From Kiritimatiellia bacterium (GTDB lineage: Bacteria; Verrucomicrobiota; Kiritimatiellia; RFP12; JBMNHG01), in assembly GCA_050950285.1 (NCBI GenBank), contig JBMNHG010000003.1, positions 310,001 to 374,000 of the forward strand: DNA of 64,000 bases. Direction: 5' to 3'. Of this stretch, positions 29,729-39,115 are shown one piece after another (positions within the stretch are counted from its first letter, which is position 1; the number at the start of each line of letters is the position of its first letter). Position numbers and translations under genes: made by a program. Below the pieces are notes generated by a model, which was not told where the DNA came from, ran no database searches, and saw only the letters and a program-made list of their open reading frames with translations.

Positions 29729-30889
29729 ATGGCTACCAAGGCTGCCAAAACCACGAAGAAAACCGCCAAACCGGGCGTGAAGCCCCTCCGCATCGGCATT
29801 GTCGGAATGGGCGGCATCGGAAACGTCCATGCCGGCGCCTACGCCAACGACCCGCTCGCGAAGATCGTGGGCGTGTGCGATGTCATCCGGGCGAAGGCCG
29901 ACGACGCCGCGAAGAAGTACAAGACCAAGGCCTTCTATTCGCTCAAGGACATGCTGGCGAACGTCGATCTCGACATCGTGGACGTCACGACCTCCGGCTA
30001 CGAAAACGGCAGCTGGCACTACGAGCCCACGATGGAGGCCATCGATGCCGGCAAGAACGTCATCTGCGAGAAGCCCCTCTCGAACGACATCGAGGAATCC
30101 CGCGAGATGGTCCGCTTCGCCGCCCGGAAGAAGATCTACCTCGGCTGCAACCTGAACCACTACTTCACCGAAACCGCCGCCCGCGCGAAGAAGTACATCG
30201 ACGACGGCCAGATGGGCGAACTCCTCTACTCCACCTTCAAGGTGGGCTTCAACGGCGGCGACGAGACCTACGGCGGCCCCGCCGGCCCCCGCTTCAACAA
30301 CCTCTACGGCCACATGAAGGCCTTCCTCACCCACCCCTTCAGCGTGATGCGCCACTTCATGGGCGACATCTCCCACATCCAGGCCTTCGCCACGCGCCCC
30401 GGCTTCCGCCGCACGAGGAACGACCTGCTCGTCTCCGTCAACGCCGTGAACATCCGCTTCGCCAACGGCGCCGTCGGCCAGCTCCTCAGCCACCGCGGCG
30501 ACTCGGTCTTCGGCCTCGGCGGCTGGTGGAACTTCGAAGTGGCCGGCAGCAAGGGCACCTTCTGCATCGAGAACTGCGTCGAGAAGCTCACCTACTGGCC
30601 CACGCCCAAGCCCGGCCAGAGCTTCGGCCTCGGCGAAGGCCCCGCCCCCGAAGTGATGGACACCGGCATCAAGGACTTCGGCGCGACCTTCCCGAACCGC
30701 CTGCACGCCTACCTCGAGGACGTCTCGAACCGCGTCTCCATCGACAAGCTGCGCGCCTCGGGCCGCGACGCCCTCGCCACGATGGAGTACATCCAGGCCG
30801 TGATCGAGTCGTACGAGCTCGGCGGCGCCATGGTGCGCCCGCACGCCCTCCCGACCATCCACGGCGACCCGCTCGCCGAGCGGATCTAA
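29729..30889 (+). CDS. Gfo/Idh/MocA family oxidoreductase
   Basis: LRIGIVGMGGIG, VICEKP; AAAGGAG RBS. Confidence 0.9.
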   Translation: MATKAAKTTKKTAKPGVKPLRIGIVGMGGIGNVHAGAYANDPLAKIVGVCDVIRAKADDAAKKYKTKAFYSLKDMLANVDLDIVDVTTSGYENGSWHYEPTMEAIDAGKNVICEKPLSNDIEESREMVRFAARKKIYLGCNLNHYFTETAARAKKYIDDGQMGELLYSTFKVGFNGGDETYGGPAGPRFNNLYGHMKAFLTHPFSVMRHFMGDISHIQAFATRPGFRRTRNDLLVSVNAVNIRFANGAVGQLLSHRGDSVFGLGGWWNFEVAGSKGTFCIENCVEKLTYWPTPKPGQSFGLGEGPAPEVMDTGIKDFGATFPNRLHAYLEDVSNRVSIDKLRASGRDALATMEYIQAVIESYELGGAMVRPHALPTIHGDPLAERI

Positions 30890-30952
30890 CCCCCCCTGCC
30901 CCTGGGGACCGCCGTCCCCGGCGGGCTGGCCGGGGACCAGCGGTTCTGGAGG

Positions 30953-31042
30953 GTCGGACGAGTCGGACGAGTCGGACGAGTCGGACTCGTCGGACCTGTC
31001 GGACAAGTCAGACCTGTCGGACTCGTCAGACTCGTCAGACCA
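30953..31042. repeat. intergenic tandem array of ten 9-bp units GTC(G/A)GACnn
   Basis: Units gtcggacga x3, gtcggactc, gtcggacct, gtcggacaa, gtcagacct, gtcggactc, gtcagactc, gtcagacca. Confidence 0.9.
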
Positions 31043-31106
31043 AACACGCCAGCGCCAACGGCGCACCCTCGTGCGCCCGTTCCGCGCGCCACCCGCGCGG
31101 GGCGGG

Positions 31107-32186
31107 TCACAGCGCGTGGAGTTCGCGGAGCATGTCGCGGATGGGGAGCTCGTTCGGGCACTTCGCTTCGCAGGCCCCGCAATCGCTGCAGTTCGAGAAG
31201 GCCTGCCCGGGCGGGAAGTGGGCCAGCGTGTCGCGCGCGGCGTCCGCCAGGCCGAAGCACTTCCAGTTGCGATGGAGCTCCATCAGCCGCGGGATGTCCA
31301 CGCCCTTCGGACAGGGCTGGCAGTAGCGGCACCCGGTGCAGAAGCGGTTGCCCAGCGTCTCGCGAAGGCGGTCGAGCCCCTCGCACATCGCGGCATGGTC
31401 GGCCTTCGAGGGATCGAAATCGTGTGCGGTCTTCACGTTCTCCTCGAGCATTTCCATCGTGCTCATGCCCGAGCAGGCGGCGCTCACGTCCGGATTGGAG
31501 AGGACGAACCGAAGCGCCATCGCCGCGGTCGGCATGTCCATGCCCATCGCCTTCTGCAGCACCTCCGACTTCGTGGCGAGCACGCCGCCGGCGACCGAGC
31601 ACATCGCGATCACGCCGACGCCCAGTTCGCCCGCGCGCCGGATCGTCGGCTCGTAGCTGCGGTTGATCATGTTGTAGGGCACGGTGATGCAGTCGAAGAG
31701 GCCGGTCTCGATGCACCGGATGAAATTTTCGGGCGAATCGTGCCCGGTAAAGCCCACGTGCTGGACAAGCCCCTCGCGCTTCGCCTGCCGGATGGCGTCG
31801 AGCACGCCGCCCGGCTTGAGGAGGTGGGGCATCATCGCCCACGAGAACCAGCCCACCTGGAAGAACTTGAAATGCGACAGGCCGAGGATGTCGAGCTGCC
31901 GCTCGATCTCCTTCCGGAAGAGATAGGCGGTCTTGTTCGGATCCAGCCCCTCCTTGCCGGAGACGATGAGATCGGCCGCCTTGCCGGACTTCGCGATGCC
32001 CGGGGCCGTCTTGTGCTGGCAGGTCCCCCCGATGTAATGGCGCGTGGTCTCGAAGTAGTTCACGCCTAGCTCGACCGCACGGGCCACCAGGTTCGTGTCG
32101 AGCTCCTGGTCGGGCGAGAGGCGCATGCAACCCATGGCAAGGGCGGAGATCTCCCATCCCGTGGAACCAAGCTTGCGGTAGCGCAT
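31107..32186 (-). CDS. aldo/keto reductase with C-terminal 4Fe-4S dicluster domain
   Basis: MRYRKLGSTGWEISALAMGCMRL, GFTGH, CTGCRYCQPCP, CSDCGACEAKCP. Confidence 0.9.
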   Translation of the reverse strand: MRYRKLGSTGWEISALAMGCMRLSPDQELDTNLVARAVELGVNYFETTRHYIGGTCQHKTAPGIAKSGKAADLIVSGKEGLDPNKTAYLFRKEIERQLDILGLSHFKFFQVGWFSWAMMPHLLKPGGVLDAIRQAKREGLVQHVGFTGHDSPENFIRCIETGLFDCITVPYNMINRSYEPTIRRAGELGVGVIAMCSVAGGVLATKSEVLQKAMGMDMPTAAMALRFVLSNPDVSAACSGMSTMEMLEENVKTAHDFDPSKADHAAMCEGLDRLRETLGNRFCTGCRYCQPCPKGVDIPRLMELHRNWKCFGLADAARDTLAHFPPGQAFSNCSDCGACEAKCPNELPIRDMLRELHAL

Positions 32187-32278
32187 GGTTTCGTCGTTGC
32201 GGTGGAGGGGGGCGGAGAAGGCGGGAGGAATGACGGGCGGCATGGCGGAACTCCTGTAGGGTGGGGGATCGGGACGAA

Positions 32279-33244
32279 TCATTGGGAGTTGGACGCGCGG
32301 CGTTCCACCAGCCGGAGAATGGCGTAGGTGAGGAAGCCGATGCATCCCATCGCGGTGACGAGAAGGATGTAGGAGGCCCACGCAGGGACGCGGATGAAGC
32401 GAACCATCGCGGTGAACTCCGACATGCCGCCGATGCCGGCGATGAGATTGAGCGGAAGGAAGACCACGTTGAGGACCGTGAGTTGCTTCATGAGCGTGCT
32501 CATCCGGTTGTTCAGGATGTATTCGCTGGTGTCCATGAGGCCGTTGAAGACGCCGCCGTACACCTTGGCCTGCTCGAGGCACTGCGCGTTGTCGATGGCG
32601 AGGTCGTCGATGTCTTCCAGCACTTCGGCGGGGAGGCCGGCGAGGGCGCGGTTGCGGACGGTGGCCTTGAGACGCAGGATGGCGCGCCCGTTGGCGCTGA
32701 TGGCGTTCACGTAGTAGACCAGGCTCTTCTCGATGAGGAACATCTGCATGAGGCTCTTGTTCTCGATGGAACGGGTCAGCTTGGGCTCCAACTGGGAGGC
32801 GATGTCGTTGATGACCTCCAAGTGTGCGAAGAAGTGCGTCACGCACGAGGAGAGGATGCGCAGGAGCACCGAGGGGAGGTCGGGGATCGGATCTTTCTGC
32901 TGGAACAAGCGCCCCTCGAAGAGCGGGGTATCCTCCTGCATGATCACGATGAGCCGGTCCTGGAAGAGGAAGAGCCCGATGGAATTGATGCGGAACTGGA
33001 AGTTGTCGCCCGCGACGTAGTGCTGCGGGGTGCGAAAGATGACGACGAGGTGGTTGGTGTCGAACTCGGCGCGGGGGAGTTCGTTTCGGTCGAGGGCGGA
33101 CGCGAGGTTGTGGTCGTCGATCTGGTCTTCGTCCACCAGCTTCGTGCGCTCGGCGTCGGTGGGCTGCACGTAGCAGAAAATCTGGGCGGCGTCCGCCGAC
33201 GCCTTCGCGACCCTGCCATTTTCAAGTCGATACGTCTGGACCAT
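32279..33244 (-). CDS. corA: CorA family Mg2+/divalent cation transporter
   Basis: NNRMSTLMKQLT, FLPLNLIAGIGGMSEF, two C-terminal TM helices. Confidence 0.88.
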   Translation of the reverse strand: MVQTYRLENGRVAKASADAAQIFCYVQPTDAERTKLVDEDQIDDHNLASALDRNELPRAEFDTNHLVVIFRTPQHYVAGDNFQFRINSIGLFLFQDRLIVIMQEDTPLFEGRLFQQKDPIPDLPSVLLRILSSCVTHFFAHLEVINDIASQLEPKLTRSIENKSLMQMFLIEKSLVYYVNAISANGRAILRLKATVRNRALAGLPAEVLEDIDDLAIDNAQCLEQAKVYGGVFNGLMDTSEYILNNRMSTLMKQLTVLNVVFLPLNLIAGIGGMSEFTAMVRFIRVPAWASYILLVTAMGCIGFLTYAILRLVERRASNSQ

Positions 33245-33472
33245 GGGGAAATCTCCAGCGCGGCGACCTGTCGCGAATGGCAACGCCGTCGGCCGCGGAA
33301 TGATGGATTACAAAAGGATGGAAGGAGGAAACCATGCGCTTTCGCAGCCATTTTGTCAATCCTTTCACGCCGGCCGCGCGCGGGCCCGCTTGCAGTCCAA
33401 TCCGAAAATGGGGAATGGCAGGGAATCCAGCGCGGATCGGCTGTCGCGAATCCGACCTGCCGCAATCCGCAC

Positions 33473-33502
33473 TTGCGTTTGGCGCCGTCCCTCGGGTATA
33501 CT
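33473..33502 (+). promoter_or_regulatory. sigma70-like promoter for rpmB
   Basis: TTGCGT-18 bp-TATACT, then AGGAG RBS before ATG 33529. Confidence 0.55.
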
Positions 33503-33528
33503 TCACTTCTCTAACAGGAGAAGTTCCC

Positions 33529-33756
33529 ATGTCCAAAATTTGTGCCATTTGCGGCAAGGGCCCGTCCACGGGCAACACCATTATCCGGCAAGGCCTTGCC
33601 AAGTACAAGGGCGGTATCGGCTTGCACACCACCGGCATCAGCAGGCGCCGCTTCCTGCCGAACCTCCAGCGGGTTCGCGTGAAGGCGGGTGGCTCCACCA
33701 CGCGCGTGCTCGCCTGCGCGAAATGCCTCAAGCAGGGCAGAGTCGTCAAGGCCTGA
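33529..33756 (+). CDS. rpmB: 50S ribosomal protein L28
   Basis: MSKICAICGK...GN...GGIG...RRRFLPNLQ...CAKCLK. Confidence 0.95.
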   Translation: MSKICAICGKGPSTGNTIIRQGLAKYKGGIGLHTTGISRRRFLPNLQRVRVKAGGSTTRVLACAKCLKQGRVVKA

Positions 33757-33856
33757 TCCCCCATCCGCACCCCCGAACAGCGCAGGCGCGGCGGATGGGT
33801 TTCCGTTCGTGCCGCGTTTTTGTTTTGACCCAGGCAGTGAATCCCAGGAGGTCTCC

Positions 33857-34387
33857 ATGAGCAACGAAGCCGTTGACGCCACTATCCCCGCCGCGGACAA
33901 AAACATCCCCACCGTGGACGACGAAGGTCGCGCCATCCTCGAAACGGACATCGTGTTCGAATGTCCTGAGTGTGGCCATAGCCTGGTGATCGACTACCGT
34001 GGCGCCGGGCTTGTGATCAACTGCATCGAGTGCGGCGAACCCGTGCAAGTGCCGATTCCCGAAGGGATGCAGCTGGACGATCTCGACCAGGCGCCCGAGG
34101 ACCAGAGCGCGCAGCTCGCCATCCTCCGCCGCTTGCTGGCGGAGTCCGACGCCCGCGCCGCCGGGCTGGTCACCGAGATGGCTTCCCTCAAGCAAGACAG
34201 CGCCGCCGTCACCCGCGTCTGCGAGGCGCTGGAATCCCGCCTCGTCGAGGTTCGCGCCGCGTTGGAGCGCATCCAGGAAGGGCAGTCCGCGCTGGCGAAC
34301 GTCGTCCACGACGCGCTGGCATTGCTCGGCAACACCGGAGGGACTTCCGGCAACACCGGAGGGACTTCCGGCAACGCCCCTGCCTGA
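33857..34387 (+). CDS. hypothetical zinc-ribbon plus coiled-coil protein
   Basis: CPECGHSL...GLVINCIECG..VQVP followed by heptad-like helix; AGGAGG RBS. Confidence 0.75.
   Translation: MSNEAVDATIPAADKNIPTVDDEGRAILETDIVFECPECGHSLVIDYRGAGLVINCIECGEPVQVPIPEGMQLDDLDQAPEDQSAQLAILRRLLAESDARAAGLVTEMASLKQDSAAVTRVCEALESRLVEVRAALERIQEGQSALANVVHDALALLGNTGGTSGNTGGTSGNAPA
34328..34375 (+). repeat. 21-bp tandem duplication (about 2.3 copies) at the 3' end of the zinc-ribbon gene
   Basis: ggcaacaccggagggacttcc x2 + ggcaac; encodes GNTGGTS repeats. Confidence 0.85.
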
Positions 34388-34488
34388 TTCCATCCCGCTT
34401 CCAACGTTCTCGTTTTGCTGATTTCTCCCACGGGCGAGGCAAACCGCTTCGTCCGTGTTGGTCGTTCTACGAAAGGCAACCCCCGAAC

Positions 34489-35565
34489 ATGTCCCGCATC
34501 TACAACTTCGGCGCCGGGCCTGCGGTCCTCCCCCTCCCCGTTCTCGAAGAGGCCCAGCGCGACCTCCTCGACTTCCAAGGCTCCGGGATGTCCATCCTCG
34601 AGAGTTCCCATCGTGCCAAGGAATACGACGGCGTCCACCAGGAGGCCATCGCCAATCTCCGCGAGCTTCTCGGCGTGGGCGAGGAATACCACATCCTCTT
34701 CCTCCAGGGCGGCGCGTCGCTCCAGTTCGCGATGCTTCCGATGAACTTCCTCCCCGCCGGCGCCGCCGCCGACTACATCGACTCGGGCCATTGGGCCGAC
34801 CAGGCCGTGAAAGAGGCGCGCCGCCTGGGCAGCGTGAACGTCGTCGCGGACACCTCCAAGGAAATCCCCGCCCGCGTGCCCGCCCTCTCCGAACTCGCGT
34901 TCACCGCCGGCGCCGCCTATGTGCACATGACCTCCAACGAGACCATCGCCGGCTCGCAGTGGAAGGAATTCCCGGAGGTGGACGCCCCGCTGGTGGCCGA
35001 CATGTCGTCCGATTTCCTCTCCCGCCCCTTCGACACGCGGCGGTTCGCGATGATCTACGCCGGCGCCCAGAAGAATCTCGGGCCTGCGGGCGTCACCATC
35101 GTGGCCATCCGCAGGGACTTCGCCGAAAAGGCCGCCCAGGGCCTTCCGACGATGCTCTCCTACGGCACCCACATCGCGAAAGACTCGCTCTTCAACACCC
35201 CGCCCTGCTTCAGCATCTACATCGTGATGCTCGTGACCCGCTGGATCAAGCGGATGGGCCTCGCCGCCCTCTACCGCCAGAATGCCGAAAAGGCGGCCAG
35301 ACTCTATGCCGCCATCGACGCCTCCGGCTTCTTCCGCGGCACCGCCGTGAAAGAATGCCGCTCCGACATGAACGTGACCTTCCGCCTCCCCACCGAGGAC
35401 CTCGAGGCCCGCTTCTGCTCCGAGGCCTCCGCCATCGGCTTGAAGGGGCTCAAGGGCCACCGCTCCGTCGGCGGCATCCGCGCCTCGATCTACAACGCGT
35501 TCCCGGTCGAGGGCGTCGACAAGCTCATCGGGTTCATGAAGGACTTCGAACGCAAGAACGGCTGA
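34489..35565 (+). CDS. serC: phosphoserine aminotransferase
   Basis: YNFGAGPAVLP, FLQGGASLQF, NETIAG, DMSSD, YAGAQKNLGPAG, KGHRSVGGIRASIYNA. Confidence 0.97.
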   Translation: MSRIYNFGAGPAVLPLPVLEEAQRDLLDFQGSGMSILESSHRAKEYDGVHQEAIANLRELLGVGEEYHILFLQGGASLQFAMLPMNFLPAGAAADYIDSGHWADQAVKEARRLGSVNVVADTSKEIPARVPALSELAFTAGAAYVHMTSNETIAGSQWKEFPEVDAPLVADMSSDFLSRPFDTRRFAMIYAGAQKNLGPAGVTIVAIRRDFAEKAAQGLPTMLSYGTHIAKDSLFNTPPCFSIYIVMLVTRWIKRMGLAALYRQNAEKAARLYAAIDASGFFRGTAVKECRSDMNVTFRLPTEDLEARFCSEASAIGLKGLKGHRSVGGIRASIYNAFPVEGVDKLIGFMKDFERKNG

Positions 35566-35593
35566 ATCCGGCCGGGAAAGCGGACAAAGCAGC

Positions 35594-36589
35594 ATGACCG
35601 AGGACGCCACTGGGAACGACAACCGCCACCCGCCCCAAGAGGGCGATGCGGCGGAAGAGGGTTCGCGCCACTACCATCACCACTCCGACGATTCGCGCCG
35701 CCACTCCGGCAGCGGCTCGCGCCGCCACCACTCCGACGGCTCGCATCGCCGTTCCGGCAGCGGTTCGCGTTCGCGCCGCCATTCCGACGGCTCGCGCCGC
35801 AGTTCCGGCAGCGGCTCGCGCCGCCGTTCCAGCAGCAGTTCGCGCCACCATCCTTCCAGCGGCTTCCGCCGCCGCGTCACCTGGCGCTCGAACGAGCAGA
35901 ACCTCGCGCTGGGCGTGACGGTTCTCGGCGGCCTGCTCCTTGTCGCCATCGGTGCGGGGCTGGTTGCCTGGAATCGCGTCTTGCACGACCGGATGCGTCC
36001 CGACGCCTTCGCGAAAGACACGGAGGGAGACAACAGCCCTGTCGTCTCCCACGGTTTCATGGGATTCGGCGTCAAGACCCAATCGCCGGACTCCCGGCCT
36101 TCCCAGGATCGGAAACAAGAGGGGCTGGGCGGTCGCGTCGTCCGTGTCGTGCGGATGCGGGACGCCGTAAGTCTCGATGTCGTGTACGGCCTTGATGAAA
36201 CCGAAACCCTTTCCGTCCGCCTCCGCGGCATCGACTGCCTCGACGGCCGGAACCCGGACATCGGCGAACACCAGGGGGCCACGCTGAACCTGGCCTGGCG
36301 GAACGTCCAGTTCTACGCCAACGCCGCGAGGACCACCGCCGAGGCCTTTGTGGCCGGCGGAAGCCAGGTGATCCTCCGCCTGCCCATCGTGGGCGAGGCG
36401 CCGGTGGACGACTACGGCCAGACGCTCGGCTACATCGAAGTGGACCAGGAGGACCTCGGGGCCGAACTCCTTCGCAAGGGGCTTGCGACGACCAACTCCG
36501 AGCATCATCCCCGCCGCGAGGAGTATCGGAGGCTCGAGGCGAAGGCCCGCGAAGATCGCATCGGCATCTTCGGGGCTCTGGGGAGATAG
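35594..36589 (+). CDS. membrane-anchored thermonuclease (SNase)-fold protein with His/Ser/Arg-rich N-terminal repeats
   Basis: Repeats like HHSDGSRRSSGSGSRR, one TM helix, VRLRGIDCLD, DDYGQTLGYI, LLRKGLA, EAKAREDRIGIF. Confidence 0.75.
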   Translation: MTEDATGNDNRHPPQEGDAAEEGSRHYHHHSDDSRRHSGSGSRRHHSDGSHRRSGSGSRSRRHSDGSRRSSGSGSRRRSSSSSRHHPSSGFRRRVTWRSNEQNLALGVTVLGGLLLVAIGAGLVAWNRVLHDRMRPDAFAKDTEGDNSPVVSHGFMGFGVKTQSPDSRPSQDRKQEGLGGRVVRVVRMRDAVSLDVVYGLDETETLSVRLRGIDCLDGRNPDIGEHQGATLNLAWRNVQFYANAARTTAEAFVAGGSQVILRLPIVGEAPVDDYGQTLGYIEVDQEDLGAELLRKGLATTNSEHHPRREEYRRLEAKAREDRIGIFGALGR

Positions 36590-36590
36590 C

Positions 36591-37592
36591 ATGTCCAAGG
36601 CGCCGAGACCCGTCCGTCCGCTCCGGCAGCTGCGAATGCTCGCGGCCACGACGTTGCTGGAGACGATCCAGCAGCCCGCCGTGCTGCTTCTCCTGCTTTC
36701 GGGCGTCCTGGCCGTTGCGCTCGTGCCCGTCCTGCAGTTCCACCAGTTCGGAGAGCCGGGGCGGTTCGCCCGGGATGGCGGCCTCGCCTACACGTTGTCG
36801 ATCGGGCTCGTCCTCTCCGCCACGGCGGCCAGTTCGGCTATTTCCCGCGAATGCGAGGGCGGGACGGCGGCCGTCGCGCTCGCCCGTCCCCTTTCGCGCG
36901 GCCTCTTCCTGTGCGGGAAATTCCTTGGCGTACTCGCCGTGCTCGGCCTCTTCTGGCTCGCGATGACGGCTTCCACCCTTCTGGCGGAGCGCCTGTCGCG
37001 CCTGGATTTCGCGGTACTTTCCGCAGGGGACATCCCGAAGGACGCCTGGACCGGACGCCTCGCGCTCGGAGCCCCCCTCGTGGCCCTCGCCGTGGCCGGC
37101 GCCCTCAACTACGCGCGCCGCGTCCGCTTCGGCAGGGCGGCCTTCCACGGCCTTTGGATGGCGTCGCTCCTTTCCTGCGGCATCGTCGAACTCCATGCGC
37201 GCATCACCCGTTGCGCAGGCGGCCTCCCCGCGCTCGCCTGGAGGATCGTCCCGGTCTCCGTGCTCATCCTTGCGGCCCTCGCGGTCTTCGCCGCCCTTGC
37301 CGTCTTCCTCGCCGTGCGCCTCCGGCTCGCCGCGACGCTGGCCGGTTGCGTGGCCGCCCTGATGCTGGGCCTTTCCGCGGACCGCCTGGCCGATCTCGCC
37401 ACCGCCCGCGGCCTGCCTCTCCCGATCTGGATCCTCCCCAACATCCAGGCCTTCTGGCGCGCGGACGACCTCGCCGGCGGGGGATCCGTCCCTCTTCCGA
37501 TCCTTCTCGCCGGCCTGGCCTACGCCGCAGCCTGGTGCGGCCTCGCGCTCCTCGCCGCCACCGCGCTCTTCCGCCGGCGGGACTTGTCGTAG
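36591..37592 (+). CDS. ABC-2 type permease-like membrane protein
   Basis: Multiple TM helices; ISRECEGGT...LARPLSR..FLCGKFLG; ends ALFRRRDLS. Confidence 0.8.
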   Translation: MSKAPRPVRPLRQLRMLAATTLLETIQQPAVLLLLLSGVLAVALVPVLQFHQFGEPGRFARDGGLAYTLSIGLVLSATAASSAISRECEGGTAAVALARPLSRGLFLCGKFLGVLAVLGLFWLAMTASTLLAERLSRLDFAVLSAGDIPKDAWTGRLALGAPLVALAVAGALNYARRVRFGRAAFHGLWMASLLSCGIVELHARITRCAGGLPALAWRIVPVSVLILAALAVFAALAVFLAVRLRLAATLAGCVAALMLGLSADRLADLATARGLPLPIWILPNIQAFWRADDLAGGGSVPLPILLAGLAYAAAWCGLALLAATALFRRRDLS

Positions 37593-37627
37593 CGGGCCCC
37601 GCGCCCCCTCACTCCCCCGACCGCCCC

Positions 37628-38440
37628 ATGACGGAACTTCCGACGAATTTGCCCGCCAGGCGCTTCAAGCTCACGATCGCCTACGATGGAACGGGCTACG
37701 CCGGCTGGCAGGTGCAGCCGGGCGAGGCCACCGTGCAGGACGAGATCGAGAAGGCCCTTCTCGCCATCGTCGGCCATCCGTGCAAAGTCCACGGCAGCGG
37801 GCGCACCGATGCGGGCGTCCACGCCCGCGGGCAGGTGGCGCACGTGGACCTCCACACGCGCATGGACGCGAAAGCGGTGCAGCGCGCCCTCAACGCGCGC
37901 CTCCCGCAGGACATCCGCATCCTCTCCGCCGCCCGCGCGAAGGCGGACTTCCACGCGCGCCGTTCCGCCCGGGCCAAGGAGTACCGCTACACCGTCTGGG
38001 CCGCGCCCGTCATGCCCCCGCATCTGCGGCTCGCCGCCGCGCACGTCTACCGGATGCCCGACCTCGCGGCGATGCGCGACGCGGCGCGCCGCTTCGAAGG
38101 GCGGCACGACTTCGCCGCCTTCACCGCCAATCCGCGCCGCGAAGTCGAAACCACGGTGCGGACGGTCTTCTCCTGCCGGGTAACCTGTTCCGGAAGGCGG
38201 ATCACCATCGCCGTGCGCGGCGAAGGCTTCCTCTACCGCCAAGTCCGCAGCATGGCCGGCTTCCTCCTTCGCGTGGGGTCGGGCGCAGAACCCCCCGAAG
38301 CCGTCGATGCCCTCCTCGACGCCCGCGCCCCGCGCACGGCGCGCGTCCCCAGCGCCCCGGCCTGCGGACTCGCCCTGTGGCGCGTGTGGTACGGCCCGGA
38401 GCGGCGAGCCGCGGCAAGCCAGGACAAAACGGAAGGATGA
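37628..38440 (+). CDS. truA: tRNA pseudouridine(38-40) synthase
   Basis: IAYDGTGYAGWQVQ, SGRTDAGVHARGQV, FHARRSA, GRHDFAAF, FLYRQVR, APACGL. Confidence 0.96.
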   Translation: MTELPTNLPARRFKLTIAYDGTGYAGWQVQPGEATVQDEIEKALLAIVGHPCKVHGSGRTDAGVHARGQVAHVDLHTRMDAKAVQRALNARLPQDIRILSAARAKADFHARRSARAKEYRYTVWAAPVMPPHLRLAAAHVYRMPDLAAMRDAARRFEGRHDFAAFTANPRREVETTVRTVFSCRVTCSGRRITIAVRGEGFLYRQVRSMAGFLLRVGSGAEPPEAVDALLDARAPRTARVPSAPACGLALWRVWYGPERRAAASQDKTEG

Positions 38441-38480
38441 CAGGCGGACGGACCGGGGCCCGTCAGCCTGCCATCCTTTT
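38433..38480. terminator. probable bidirectional terminator between truA and the Pro-rich gene
   Basis: Imperfect stem aaggatg-caggc-gacgg / ccgtc-gcctg-catcctt followed by T run. Confidence 0.55.
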
Positions 38481-38499
38481 CTGTGGTCCCGCCATCCGG

Positions 38500-39006
38500 C
38501 TAGCGGCGCGGCGGCGGGCCGTGGCGCGGCGGCGGCGCATGGCGCGGCGGCGGGCCGTGGCGCGGCGGTGGCGGCGGCCCGTGATGCGGCCTCGGGGCGA
38601 AGTGGGGCCTGGGGGGTGGCGGCGGCGGCAGGGGGTGGCCCCTGCGTTCGATGACGATGGGCGGCACGTGGCGGATCGGCGGAGGCGGCGGGCTGTAGAT
38701 CACGGGAGGAGGGGCGACAACCGCCGGTTGCCGCACCACGGTGGTGACCGTCTGGTAGTCCACTGCGGTGGTGACGACGGGTTGCTGGGCGACCACGGGG
38801 GAAGTCATGACTACCGGCTGCTGCACCACGTAGGTGGGTGCGGGCTCGACGGCATGGAGCACGATGTCCGTGAGCAGGAGGGCTCCGAGGATTCCTGCGC
38901 CGATATGGTGGTGGCGGCTGCGGGCCTGGGCGACGGGAGCGGCCAGGATGCCGGCGGCGGCGATCGTCGCGACGAGCGGGAAGAAGTGGGATTTGCGGTG
39001 GGTCAT
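38500..39006 (-). CDS. small secreted Pro/Val-rich protein with PPPRHG repeats
   Basis: Signal peptide ending AQA; AGGAG RBS; upstream TTGGAA-18-TATTCT; 18-bp repeats at the C-terminus. Confidence 0.7.
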   Translation of the reverse strand: MTHRKSHFFPLVATIAAAGILAAPVAQARSRHHHIGAGILGALLLTDIVLHAVEPAPTYVVQQPVVMTSPVVAQQPVVTTAVDYQTVTTVVRQPAVVAPPPVIYSPPPPPIRHVPPIVIERRGHPLPPPPPPRPHFAPRPHHGPPPPPRHGPPPRHAPPPRHGPPPRR

Positions 39007-39115
39007 GATGCTTCTCCTCTGGGATGGGGTTTGATGGTTCTCTTTCGAGTCCCTCTTCACCTGAGAATATGCCGGCCGAAGGGGATTTTCCAAGCGGTCT
39101 GAAAAAAAAACGGCG

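Noticed and set aside
30953..31042. 9-bp array as CRISPR or as a coding SDxSDx region
   Set aside because: No spacers; the ORFs crossing it are shadows of neighbouring genes
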